From the NCBI GenBank assembly GCA_963845755.1, contig CAWJTV010000036.1, forward strand, positions 320,001 to 384,000: a stretch of 64,000 nucleotides of DNA, read 5' to 3'. Positions 21,198-32,081 of the stretch are shown piece by piece (the first letter of the stretch is position 1; each line of letters starts with the position of its first letter). The stretch comes from an uncultured Planctomycetota bacterium. GTDB lineage: Bacteria; Planctomycetota; Planctomycetia; Isosphaerales; Isosphaeraceae. The position numbers and the translations under genes were made by a program. Under the pieces are notes generated by a model. The model was not told the DNA's origin and made no database searches. It saw only the letters and a list, made by a program, of their open reading frames with translations.

Positions 21198-21523
21198 CCA
21201 GATGCGCACGGCATTGTCAGGCGAGAAAGCCTGACCTCCGTGAAGACGCGCAGCCAGCCATTATCGGGATTTAACCCGCTGGATTCAAGTCCCGCGCCGC
21301 GAAAACAAGCCGTCGAAGCCGACCGTCTTGTATTCAAGGACGGCGTCACCTAGACTTTAATCCGACTTCAAATCGGTGCTCCGTATCGATCCGTCCGAAT
21401 CTCAATCCACATTCGCATTGAGTCCTTTTCTGGACGACGGTCGTCCTGTCGCCGGACTTGGCCTTCCGCCTGTACGTAGCCGATTGTGCCGAAAATTCGA
21501 TGACTCGTCTGTGGAGGCTGACG

Positions 21524-22949
21524 ATGAACGAGAGCAACTTCAGGATGCCGGCGTCTGTTTTCCTCGCTTGGACGATCGGCTTGTTGTCTCCGTGGAATGC
21601 CCGAGCCATGGAGCCTCCCAAGGCCGCTGACATTTCCACGAAGGTCGTGCTGATGGTGGTCATGACCCGGTCTGTGGGGATCCCGGGGCCGGAGCTCCAA
21701 GATCGTTGACGTCGTCAAGAAGGGGGTGGACGCCGTCAACAAAACGAGGCTTAAGGGGTATGACCTACGATTGATGTCCTGGGAGACGGCCGGAGTGCCG
21801 GCTTCGGGCAATAACTTCGTCATCGTTGGCGTTGACAATAACGGCCGGCTCCACATCCGAATCTTCGACGCCGGAGGTAACCGCGTCACGGACACGGACG
21901 AGACGAAACTCCCCGGTACGCAAGCCGAGGCGGTCTCGAGCCTCAAGCAGCAACTCCGGGATTGTTGCCCCCACACGTGCTGACCAGTGCCGAGAAGTCC
22001 CAGCTCATCGAGGCGACATCAATCGTCGATCCGCGTGTCGAAAGTTGGGCCCGAAACCTTATGTGAAATTGTTCGAGCCAGGGCAACTCAAGCCCGAGGC
22101 GTTCGATGAAGGATATCGCCAAACAAGATGTCGATAAGAATACGACCTTTATCTTTTACTACCTCGGGCACGCCATGTGGCAAAACCAAGGCCCTCATCC
22201 GGATCAGAACCGGGATAACCACCTCCTTGTGCTCGAACCATTCGAGGGTGGCCACTATCTGAAGAGGACGACCCTGCTCTCCCGACTGAAACTCCAAAAG
22301 GCCCAGTAATCGTCCTGATCACCGAGTGTTGTTCGACCCTTGTCCCTCCGCTGCCCGCGGGTATTAAGACCTATGGAGAGGACGAGGACCCGTGCCGCTG
22401 TTCCGCGATCTGTTCCTCAAGCCCAAAGGCACCGTCGACATCACATCCTCCACGGTCCATTTCGAAGAGAAGACCGGGAAGTTCGTTGACGAGGCGTCCT
22501 GGGCCCCGAAGGAGGGGGGGGCTGTGCTCTGTAACGCCTTCTCCTATCTGATGACCAAAGAGGATGGAGTCGCCGCTCTCGACCTCAACAAGAACAAGAC
22601 CGTCGAATGGGAGAAGGAATTCTTCCCGGCGCTTCGCCAACAGACCATGAAGAATTTTCGGGCATTCAAGCCCAACGAGTTGAGCTACTATAAGGGCAGT
22701 GAAGTTTTATTCAAAGATTACTACAATTATTTGCCCGATTGGGTCAAACGGCTGAACGAGCAGAAAGACCAGACACCACGATTGCTCAAGCTCGACTTGC
22801 TGAACTTTTTCGCCCGGTTTGATGGGCCGCTTCGGCGGACGCCGCCGACACATTACGCCCTCCCATCACATGAGTCCGCTACCGGGACTACCGTCAATAC
22901 GGAGAAAATGAGAGAAGGGGGTTGTCTGGTAGGTTCTCAAAGATTATAA
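21524..22949 (+). CDS. Secreted caspase-like (peptidase C14 fold) protein, multiply frameshifted
   Basis: GGAGG then ATG 21524 with a signal peptide; fragments FIFYYLGHA (His site), VLITECCS (Cys site), LFRDLFLKPKGTVDITSS, GGAVLCNAF. Confidence 0.6.
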
Positions 22950-23025
22950 TGCCTGCTTAGTTTAGACAAATTGCGTAATCTTGGAGGTCTCGCCGTCCGG
23001 TTTCCAGGTCTGCAGGGAGATTCCT

Positions 23026-24171
23026 ATGCATACGCCCCTGACTCGGCCGATCCTCTTGACGCTGTCTGCGATGGTGACTGTGGGAGTTGCCTGCGGTCAG
23101 GAATCAGATCCGCTCTCCGGATTCCCCGTCAACGGGGTCGTCCCGACGGTCTTCAAGACGAAACCGAAGCTCGAGAACGCCTTTTCCGGAGACCGCCGCA
23201 TTCGGCTCCGGAGGTTCCGCGCGATCTTTTTCTTCGACACCAATCATCCCAATCACAAGAATGCAGGTGAAAACCTCGAGGACTTGAGGTTCCTTCTGCA
23301 AAACTTCAACAATCAAGCGATCGGTGACTTTGAAGAGAAGGGGATCAGTTTCCCGATCAAGGACTTCCAAGTCGTGCCTGTAGAGCAGATCTTCCAGGGC
23401 GCAACCGCAACTCGCCGGAATCTCTACGATTATTTGGACAATTTGAAGAACAACAATCTCGTGAAGAAGGGCGACGTAGTGTTCTTCTGGGCAGAGGCGG
23501 AAGGCGGGATGGATGGCACGAAGCGGCTCTTGAAGCTAGCGAACGGGGAGTCGATCGACCGAGAGGATTTGTTAGAAAGGCTTGAGTTCTGGGATGCAAG
23601 CCCCGCCGGTGGGGACCCTAGCCGAAGAACTCATCTCACAGTGTTCATCACAGACAGTTGTAGCTCTCTCACCAATGTGGCGTCATCACCCCCCCAGAAA
23701 CCAATGAAAAAGCCGGGGACGATCTGGCGGGCCCTCTATTTTGGGCACTCCGGGACCGTGGACATCTCGTCGTCACGCGGAGGAAAACAGGCCCACTCGG
23801 ACGATTATGGCAAATCGCTATTCCTCCAGTCGTTCGCCGAGACCTTCGATGAGGGATTCGTCCATAAGCAGAAGCAAAGCCCCTCTGACACGAACTACCT
23901 GGACCTGAACGCCGACAACTTCGTCGAATGGCGGGCTGAATTCTACAAAGTGCTCGAGAAGCAGGTCGGGGATCGCTACGACGCACAGTTGAGCGAGTAT
24001 TTCGCCTTTCGAGGCGGGAAACCCACGGACGAGAGCACGCCCAAGTACAAGACGGCCGACGACACCGTTCGAGGCGCGGCCGACGCGATGAAGGCCCGGC
24101 GCTTAAATGGCACCTACCTCCCGGATTTCATCCGCCCGGATCGCGTCCAGATCAATACACCCGAGCCATGA
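23026..24171 (+). CDS. Secreted caspase-like paralog lacking the catalytic His motif
   Basis: Signal peptide; DVVFFWAEAEG where the neighbour has FYYLGH; VFITDSCSS; LYFGHSGTVDISSS; LDLNADNFVEW paralleling the neighbour's LDLNKNKTVEW. Confidence 0.65.
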   Translation: MHTPLTRPILLTLSAMVTVGVACGQESDPLSGFPVNGVVPTVFKTKPKLENAFSGDRRIRLRRFRAIFFFDTNHPNHKNAGENLEDLRFLLQNFNNQAIGDFEEKGISFPIKDFQVVPVEQIFQGATATRRNLYDYLDNLKNNNLVKKGDVVFFWAEAEGGMDGTKRLLKLANGESIDREDLLERLEFWDASPAGGDPSRRTHLTVFITDSCSSLTNVASSPPQKPMKKPGTIWRALYFGHSGTVDISSSRGGKQAHSDDYGKSLFLQSFAETFDEGFVHKQKQSPSDTNYLDLNADNFVEWRAEFYKVLEKQVGDRYDAQLSEYFAFRGGKPTDESTPKYKTADDTVRGAADAMKARRLNGTYLPDFIRPDRVQINTPEP

Positions 24172-24300
24172 GCGGGTCCCCACGGCTTGGTGTTCGGTCC
24201 TGAAGTCGCCTCCTAAACCGGCCTGTCGGGACAGTCAGGACCCGACTACGGCGAGAGATTGCTCTTCAAGTCTCAGACAAAGACAAAACGAGGTGGGCTC

Positions 24301-24692
24301 ATGTCGCTACCTAGGACACGACTCCTACGGGCCTTGTTACTTTTCACTACCCTCGTGCGCTCCTCGCCGCCACGCCGGATTCCAGCCAGGCGGGCTGCTT
24401 CCATCGAGGGTTCTCGGGTCGCTTGTGGCGGCACGGCCAGTGCGGCTGCCGCGCATGTTGCCCCCAGATCTACACGCCACCCTGCACAATCTATGTGCTG
24501 CCTTGCGATCCAAGCATTCCGCCACGCGAGTCACAGCATGTTTGCAGTCGATACGTGGTGCTACGCGGCCTTCCCGATAGCCAAGGCTTTGGAATCGACG
24601 AGTTCTTCTCGGAATGCGGGGCTGCGGTCGCCCGGGCAAATGAAATTGCTGTCAAAGAAGGTGTTCCAGCCAAAGTCGAATGCGTCGATTGA
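24301..24692 (+). CDS. Small secreted cysteine-rich hypothetical protein (frameshifted)
   Basis: GAGGTG then ATG 24301, hydrophobic N-terminus; continues in ORF 24423..24692 (CGCRACCP...). Confidence 0.4.
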
Positions 24693-24790
24693 CGGCCGGT
24701 TCGGCCCGCCCATCGACGTGTGATGGCGCCATAGGGGCTGCCGATTAGACGCCATTGCGGGGGAGGCTGCAGCCCCTCTCGCCTGGCCGA

Positions 24791-25891
24791 TCAAGGAGGC
24801 AGTGGCCCTCCCAAAGCGGTGTCGCGAATCGGATGATTCCACAACTCCTTGCCGGTCTGGAGGTTGACTGCCCGAAGTTTGTCCGTCTCCTGGACCATAC
24901 CTTTCTCGGTCCGCCGAGAATAGGCTCTGGTCGTGAGGAGGATTCGGTGGTCGGTGACGACGAAAGGCGCCATTGCCACATGGCTCCTGAACTCCCCCAC
25001 ACGGTTCTTGCCGGCCCGGTCGTAGACGGTGAGTGTGTACTTGTCCCAGATGCGATCGTCGCCCATCCGCTTGCTGACCATGATGTAGCGGCCGTCCGCA
25101 GACGCAAACTGCGGCCCCGGGAACCCGGGGATACGATCGCTGGCGGGGAGCGTGGGAGCTGTCGCTGCCGCCGGTCCGAGGGCTGCAGCCCTCGGATCGA
25201 GGTCGATGGTCTTTCCCGTTCTGTGATCCAGCAGGAACGAACCCTGACTTTTCGAGGAAACGGCGCCGGGAGGGCCTAGAGAGATCGCGGCAGGCTGTTC
25301 CCTAGGGGGCTGGATCCGTTCCACCGTGCCTGAGGGGAAACCACGCTTCGTCGTCGGGGGCTGGATCCGTTCCACCGTGCCCTCGGGGAGACCACGCTTC
25401 GGGATCTGGCGGTAGTGCCAGGACACCCTGACGCCTGGCCCGGCCGGTTCGGCGGAGGCGATGAATTCGCCGTTCAGCGTCATAGCGACCGAGGGGATCA
25501 CACCGGCGGCGTTGAGTGGCTTCTCCGTCGTCAGCAAAGGCGTGCCATCCTGTGCCTTGAGCGCCACGATCTTCAGCGCGTCCCCAGCGCGGTCGGGCTC
25601 GGCTTGGCCGATGACCGTCTGGTCGCCTGCAACCCCCAGGGGTTTGGCGGCTGCCTTGGTGCTCCAGAGAGTCTTGCCATCGCTGAGCCCCACCGCATCT
25701 ATCCCACCCGCTGGACTCATGACGTAGGCCCGGCCTGCCGCCGTGTCAATCATCACACCGGGTCGGAGTTGGATCGCGGTTATGGGATGAGCCTCCTGGG
25801 CGTTCGACCATGACGCGAGGAGCAATACGAGAACGCCAGTCGTCAACGGCCAGTGAAGGACCTGGGGCCGTCGGAAACGAGATTCCCGCAT
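24791..25891 (-). CDS. Secreted hypothetical protein with PQQ-like beta-propeller repeats
   Basis: Signal peptide (..SNA-QE); IDAVGLSDGKTLWS and LRAVNLQTGKELWN repeats; internal 17-aa duplication KRG.P.GTVERIQPP. Confidence 0.7.
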   Translation of the reverse strand: MRESRFRRPQVLHWPLTTGVLVLLLASWSNAQEAHPITAIQLRPGVMIDTAAGRAYVMSPAGGIDAVGLSDGKTLWSTKAAAKPLGVAGDQTVIGQAEPDRAGDALKIVALKAQDGTPLLTTEKPLNAAGVIPSVAMTLNGEFIASAEPAGPGVRVSWHYRQIPKRGLPEGTVERIQPPTTKRGFPSGTVERIQPPREQPAAISLGPPGAVSSKSQGSFLLDHRTGKTIDLDPRAAALGPAAATAPTLPASDRIPGFPGPQFASADGRYIMVSKRMGDDRIWDKYTLTVYDRAGKNRVGEFRSHVAMAPFVVTDHRILLTTRAYSRRTEKGMVQETDKLRAVNLQTGKELWNHPIRDTALGGPLPP

Positions 25892-26021
25892 GGTTTGTGA
25901 TCTCCTGAACCGTAATGATCGTTGAGAAGGGCGTCTCGCACGATGTTCATCCCCTCATGCGACATATCGCGGACTCGGCCTTCCGGCCGGATGCCGATTG
26001 GTGCGGCAGCGCTCTCAAACT

Positions 26022-28398
26022 TCATTTCGCCCCGGTCCCGGCTGGCTGACCCGCCGGAGGTGTCGGATGGGCAAAGTTGACTTTCCATGCGCCACGCCCG
26101 AGCGTGCCTGCGAGGAGCACACGATCCCGAGGGTCGTACTCAAGATGGTAGACCGGCGCTCTGGGAAGGCCATTACCGAGCCGCCTCCAGTTGTCGAGGT
26201 TGGCACCCGACGCTTGGAAAACACTTGTCAGACTGCCGACTACTAACGCACCGCCGGGCAAATTAGCGTTGTGAGCGACTGATTGAAAGGTCCCCGGGTT
26301 GACCGTGCCCAGGTTGCCTGTGATATCCGTCCAGTGGAGTCCCGCGTCGGTCGTTCGGTATACGCTGTCCGGGTCGATGACGTATGCCGTCTGGGGGGCG
26401 TTCCGGTCGATGACTATACCCAATACCGTCCCGCCGGTATAAGCGGCCGATCGAGTCAGAGGTGCGGGGTCGGCGGCAGTCCGAACAAACACGCGAGAGC
26501 CAGCCCCCACGTAGAGCATGTCCTCGTTCCCCACCGCGCCGTAAGCGATGGGATTCGGACCGCTGCTATTGACAGTGATCCCCGGCCCGATCTCATTAAT
26601 TGTATCGCCTTGGTCCAGCGATTCATAGACCGCGTTCTGGGCCCCGATGATCAGTCGCGTCGGCGTCACCGTGTTGAGCCTCAGAGGCGTGTAGAATTGC
26701 GGCGCGAGGGCGTCACCGTTATTGAGGACCATTAATTGGGGATAGACCTCGCTCTGGAGGACATTGGAGCTGTCGTAGACCTGTGCCGAAACTTGAAGAA
26801 ATCGTAGAAACTCGTGTACCGCGTCGATAGCCCGGCGGTCGTGACGGTGTCCACGGCGACGACCCCGCCATCCCCAGTGCTTACGCTTTGCCACTTCACG
26901 TTATTCGGAATGAGTTGTTCCGGGCTGCCGGTGTCCTGGGCTCCGCCGATGACGGTGTGTGTGTTGGAATCCCAGGCAACGGCGTGGAACTCGCTGGTCT
27001 GGAGATCGCCATTCAAGGAGAACCAGTCCCCAGTATTGGTCCGCGGGCTGGACTGTCGATAGACGCCCCCATCGCACCCCAGGTACAGCCCGCCGTGGGC
27101 CGCGTCCATGTCGCGCGAGTCGGCGTGGGGCGAGCCTTGGTGGCCGTGTTACCGTGGGTCAGGGGTGTGGCTTGGGTGCCCGCCGGTTTCGAGGCATCGA
27201 CCCGGAAGATCCGCCCTGAGTAGTCGCCGGCACCGATCGAGTTCGGCCAAGGCGGGATGGTCGGGTGGTTACAGCCGACACTCTCGGTGAAGCACGGCTG
27301 GCGATCACCGGCGACGTAGGCGAGGTTGGGGTCGGGGTCGGCCGCGAGGGCAAGATGAAGGCCTCCCTGACGGCCAGGATGGATGCCGTAGCGGGCGCCG
27401 CCGTTCTCCACCGTTTCCGGGATGTCGAGCTTCGTCCACGACGGCAACGGCATGATTGCGCCTCCCATTCCCCGACCGGTAGAGTCCGGCCAGGATGCCG
27501 TCATTGACGATGGCAACGTAGACATTGTCGCTCCGACCCACGGCAATTCTCATGTTGTTGGTTAGGCCGATCACCGCGTCCATCGCGGAGTCGCTGACTT
27601 TCAGCCAGATGGCCCCGGCGTTATCGCTGCGGTAAACCCCGCTCGGGTTGGCGGTATAGAGTCGGTCAGTCTTGATGGGATCCCATGCGAGGTCGAAACA
27701 GTCGCCGGCCGGCAGCCCCGATGCGCCGCTCCCCGAGACGTGGGACCACGTGGAGCCGGTGTCGGTGCTCCGCCAGATGCCCGAGTTCGCAGGATCGTCC
27801 GCGGTGTTCGCGGAGAGGACAATGATGGAGCCCCGGGGCGCGAGACCCGACACGTTGAGGCCCTTCAGCACCCCACCACCATCGATGGCCGTCCAACTCT
27901 TGCCGCCGTCCGTCGTGCGTAGGAGGCCCGATCGGTGGCCGCCGACGCCGAGTAGGCTGCTGAACCGCCCGACCCCCGCGACGAGCGTCTGAGCGCCAGA
28001 GTCGGTGGGGTCGAATTCCAAGGCACCGATCGAGAGTGACGCCTGGGTGTCGGTCAGAACAACCCACTGGGGGTGGGCAGCCGTGGCGTTCTCCGTCTTC
28101 CACACTCCTCCGTTGACCGACCCTATATAAACGGTGTTAGGATCGGTTGGGTGTGGAGTGACCGCATGAATGGCTCCAATCACTTCACCGTCCGGAATGA
28201 CGTTTTCGACCTGACCCCGAATGTTCGGCGCGGGCCCGGCGGCAACCCAAGTCGGAGCGGGCTGGCGAAGGCACTAGGATCAAGGAAGACGGCTACGAGG
28301 AGCATCCCCGTAGCACTTGCTGCTCTGGGAAAGCCTCGCAAGAAACGGAGCATCCCGGGGAGCAATCGCCTGATTGAGTACTCTGATCGATCTTTCAT
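26022..28398 (-). CDS. Secreted BNR/Asp-box beta-propeller protein (sialidase/VPS10-like), multiply frameshifted
   Basis: HPTDPNTVYIGSVNGGVWKT, RTTDGGKSW, RSTDTGSTW, GCDGGVYR, GGAQDTG, LLAGTLGRGAW over five ORF fragments. Confidence 0.82.
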
Positions 28399-28540
28399 GA
28401 TTCTCAAGCCAATCGGGTGACTTAGCGACGGGACCGCCATTGGGGAACGTGCGAATGATCTTTCTATATCCGTTTAGAAACCACATTTCAAGAAAAATAG
28501 GAGCTGACGATTGCTGACGACCCGCAATCGATCCAACCGT

Positions 28541-29017
28541 TCACGGATTGCGAAGCCTCTTGAGGACCTCCAGCGCCTCGCCCACATGCCGCCAGGGCTG
28601 GAACTGGGAGGAGAAGACATGCCGGACGATCCCCTCCCGATCGATCAGGTAAGTGACGCGACCGGGGACCAGCCCGAATGTTCGGGGAACCCCATACTTG
28701 GCCCGGACCGCATCATTGCGGTCGGCGAGCAACCGGAACGGCAGTCGAAGCCGCCGGGCGAACACCTGATGGGATTCTTCGGAATCGGCGCTAATCCCGA
28801 TCACCTCGGCCCCGGCCTCGCGGAACGCCTCATAACTATCGCGGAACGAGCGGGCTTCCATCGTGCAGGCCGGCGAGTTGTCCTTCGGGTAGAAGAATAG
28901 CACGACCTCCGCCTTCCCGCGAAAGTCCGAGAGCCTGACGATCTCGCCGCCGGCCGCCGGCAGTGCGAACTCCGGCGCGGGGTCTCCGGCACGCATACGC
29001 TTTCGATCGGCCATCAT
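28541..29017 (-). CDS. bcp: Peroxiredoxin (Bcp/PrxQ family)
   Basis: VVLFFYPKDNSPACTMEA, VIGISAD, GRVTYLID. Confidence 0.9.
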   Translation of the reverse strand: MMADRKRMRAGDPAPEFALPAAGGEIVRLSDFRGKAEVVLFFYPKDNSPACTMEARSFRDSYEAFREAGAEVIGISADSEESHQVFARRLRLPFRLLADRNDAVRAKYGVPRTFGLVPGRVTYLIDREGIVRHVFSSQFQPWRHVGEALEVLKRLRNP

Positions 29018-29408
29018 TGCCTCCTATGCAAGGTGCTCTTTGAGCTCCGATCGTCGCCGGCGCGGTGCGCGAAACGCGAAGAAGCATCATAACCACGGAA
29101 AAACTGGAAGGACACAGAAAGGGGATTAGCGGCTGGTTCAGCAACGTTCTTGTGACCGAGCCGTGCTGGATACTCCGCGGCTGATCTCTTCGAGCATGCG
29201 ACGACGGATCGGATCAGCCGACCGCACATCACGGCCCAAACCCGGTCTTCTTGCAGCTCTTCGAAAGTCTTTTCGGTTGCAGCATATCGGCGATCGGCGC
29301 CGACCGACTTGCCTCGGGTTTGGTACCATGAAGAGCGCCTATACTGGAATCTCGAACTCCGGATTCCCATTCGATTGTAGCAGAGAGCCGCCTGTCAGGA
29401 GAGCCGAC

Positions 29409-31547
29409 ATGCGAACGGCCACCGGCATCATGGTCGCCGTCGTGACACTGACCCTGTGGCTCGCCGAGGCCGCCACGCGGGCTTGGGCCGCGGCACCCGT
29501 GGTGAACCCGGGGTCCGTTGATTTCTTCGTCTCTCCACAGGGCAGGGACGAGTGGTCAGGGAAATCGGCCGATCCGGGCAAGGTTGACGGGCCATTTGCG
29601 ACGGTGGCGCGCGCTCGCGAGGCCATCCGGGTGTTGCTCGAGACGCTGAAAGAGCCGCGACGCGTGCGCGTCGTCCTGCGGGGCGGGACCTATGATCTCG
29701 ACGCCCCGCTGGAGTTTGGCTCCGAAGATTCAGGGACGGAGAAAGCTCCGGTGGTCTACGCTGCCGCGGCGGGAGAGGACGTGGTCCTCAGCGGCGGGAG
29801 ACGCCTCCATGGCGGTCGCTGGGGCGAAGTCCACGGTCGCAGGGCCTGGGTGGTGGACATTCCCGAGGTGAAGGCAGGCCGATGGCGCTTCCGGCAACTC
29901 TTCGTCAACGGCGACCGCCGACCGCGGACACGTCTGCCGAAGCGCGGAGAATACCGCATCGAATCGCTGCCGGGCTATACCGGCGACTTCCTCAGGAGCC
30001 CGACGAAACAGTTCGTCTACGCCCCGGGCCATATCGTGCCGACCTGGCGCAACTTGCCTGACGTGGAAATTGTGGGGATCACGCGGTGGCTGGACAACCG
30101 GCTGCCGATCGAGAGCGTCCATGCGCAGACGCGCACCGTCACCTTCGACCGCCCGAGCTTGTTTGCCCTTCTCTCAGGAAGCAAGCCCGGGCCCTACTGG
30201 GTGGAGAACGTCTTCGAGGCGCTGGAGACTCCCGGCCAATGGTATCTCGATCGTCCACGGGGCGTGCTGTACTATCTGCCCCGTCCGGGCGAGGAAATGG
30301 CTTCGGCCGAGATCATCGCACCGCGGTTGTCGCAGGTCCTACGGGTGGTCGGCCGCGCGGGCAGCCCGGTCCACGACCTCCGGTTTGAAGGTCTGACTTT
30401 TGCCCATACGGAATGGCAGCCGCCGGCCGACTATGCCTCGTCGCTCCAGGCCGGAATCGAAGTGCCCGGCGCGCTGGTGTTTGATTACGCCGAACGATGC
30501 ACCGTCACCGGCGGACGTATTGAACATATCGGCAACTACGGCATCGAGGTGAACGTGGGCTGCGCGGACATCGAGATCGCGCGCAACCGGATCACGGATA
30601 TCGGTGCGGGGGGAATCCGAATTGGCCACTTTTTCTCGTGGGAGACGGACGGCTCGGGCCAACTAACCGAACGGGGACGCCGGCGCATGGCCGCCATGCC
30701 GAAAGGCCCTCACAGCCGGAGGATCACCGTGGCCGACAACGAAATCGCCCACTGCGGACGGTTCACTCCGGAAGCGGTCGGCGTATTCGTGGGCGACAAT
30801 GCGAATAACACGATCATTCACAATCACATTTACGACCTGTTTTACTCGGGCATCTCCGTGGGCTCCGTCCAGGACTTTGGGCCAGGCCAGGCCACCGGCA
30901 ATATCATCGAATACAATCACGTGCACGACATCGGCCACGGCATGCTCAGCGATCTGGCCGGGATTTACACGTGCAGTACGCCCGGCACGGTCATCCGTCA
31001 CAACCGGGTGCACGATATCTCGCGGCGCGACTACGGTGGCTGGGGAATCTACCCGGATGAAGGGAGCCACGACCTGCTGGTCGAAAAGAACCTCGTCTAC
31101 CGTTGCCAGGACGGCGCCCTGTTTGCACACCACAACCGGAATATCACGGCGCAGAACAACATCTTCGCTCTCAATGGGTCAGCACAGGTCGAACGCGGCG
31201 GTATCGGCGGCTTCGAACTCACCTGCCGGCGCAACCTCGTCTACTACAACGAAGGGAGGGCCGTGGGGGACTATGGTAGCGAGCATTGCGGGCGCGACGT
31301 CTGTGCGTTCGACCACAACCTGTACTGGAACGCGTCCGGCAATCCGATTCTCTTCGGGACAAGGAGCCTCGCCGAGTGGCAGAAGTTGGGACAGGATCAC
31401 CACAGTCTCATCGCCGACCCGTCGTTCGTGGATCCGGAGAAGGGCGATTTCCGGATGCGCCCCGGTTCTCCAGCGACAAAGACCGGCTTCGAGCCGTGGG
31501 ACGTCTCGGCGGTCGGCCCGCGCCCTGGTGCCGTGGCGCCGAAGTAA
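29409..31547 (+). CDS. Secreted right-handed parallel beta-helix protein (possible carbohydrate-active enzyme)
   Basis: Signal peptide; FFVSPQG.D..SG..DGPFAT, LRGGTY, RQLFVNG, repeated I.HN.I.D motifs, GWGIYPDEGS, IADPSFVDP..GDF. Confidence 0.82.
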   Translation: MRTATGIMVAVVTLTLWLAEAATRAWAAAPVVNPGSVDFFVSPQGRDEWSGKSADPGKVDGPFATVARAREAIRVLLETLKEPRRVRVVLRGGTYDLDAPLEFGSEDSGTEKAPVVYAAAAGEDVVLSGGRRLHGGRWGEVHGRRAWVVDIPEVKAGRWRFRQLFVNGDRRPRTRLPKRGEYRIESLPGYTGDFLRSPTKQFVYAPGHIVPTWRNLPDVEIVGITRWLDNRLPIESVHAQTRTVTFDRPSLFALLSGSKPGPYWVENVFEALETPGQWYLDRPRGVLYYLPRPGEEMASAEIIAPRLSQVLRVVGRAGSPVHDLRFEGLTFAHTEWQPPADYASSLQAGIEVPGALVFDYAERCTVTGGRIEHIGNYGIEVNVGCADIEIARNRITDIGAGGIRIGHFFSWETDGSGQLTERGRRRMAAMPKGPHSRRITVADNEIAHCGRFTPEAVGVFVGDNANNTIIHNHIYDLFYSGISVGSVQDFGPGQATGNIIEYNHVHDIGHGMLSDLAGIYTCSTPGTVIRHNRVHDISRRDYGGWGIYPDEGSHDLLVEKNLVYRCQDGALFAHHNRNITAQNNIFALNGSAQVERGGIGGFELTCRRNLVYYNEGRAVGDYGSEHCGRDVCAFDHNLYWNASGNPILFGTRSLAEWQKLGQDHHSLIADPSFVDPEKGDFRMRPGSPATKTGFEPWDVSAVGPRPGAVAPK

Positions 31548-31577
31548 GATTTGGGGGTTCAGGTCCGATACCTATGA

Positions 31578-32060
31578 CTATGCTCGGTCTCCATCCGGGG
31601 AATCGACCTGCCGGACGGCTTCGAACACGGCGATCGCCACCGCATTGGCCAGGTTGAGGCTGCGGGCCTCGGGGCGGATCGGGATGCGGAGGGCGCGGTC
31701 GGGGCGGTCGGCCAGCCAGCGCGCGGGGAGGCCGCGGCTCTCGGGGCCGAAGAGGAGGGCGTCGCCGGGTTGATAGGCTGCGTCCGTATAGACCCGCTTC
31801 GCCTTGGTGCTGAACGACCAGAGCCGCTCGCAGCCCAGGGCGGTGACCACTTCATCCATCCCGTCGACGACCCGGTAGTTCAGGTGCGGCCAGTAATCCA
31901 GCCCGGCGCGGCGGAGATACCGGTCGTCCAGGCGGAAGCCCAGCGGACGGACCAGCCAGAGCATCGCCCCGGCCGCCACGCAGGTCCGGCCGATCGAGCC
32001 GGTGTTGGCCGCGATCTCGGGCTCCAGGAGGACGACGTGCAGCCTTTCGTCATGAGTCAT
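31578..32060 (-). CDS. trmL: tRNA (cytidine(34)-2'-O)-methyltransferase
   Basis: PEIAANTGSIGRTC, RRAGLDYW, LLFGPESRGLP, RSLNLANAV. Confidence 0.92.
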   Translation of the reverse strand: MTHDERLHVVLLEPEIAANTGSIGRTCVAAGAMLWLVRPLGFRLDDRYLRRAGLDYWPHLNYRVVDGMDEVVTALGCERLWSFSTKAKRVYTDAAYQPGDALLFGPESRGLPARWLADRPDRALRIPIRPEARSLNLANAVAIAVFEAVRQVDSPDGDRA

Positions 32061-32081
32061 CGGTTAACCCGTCGGAGGGTT

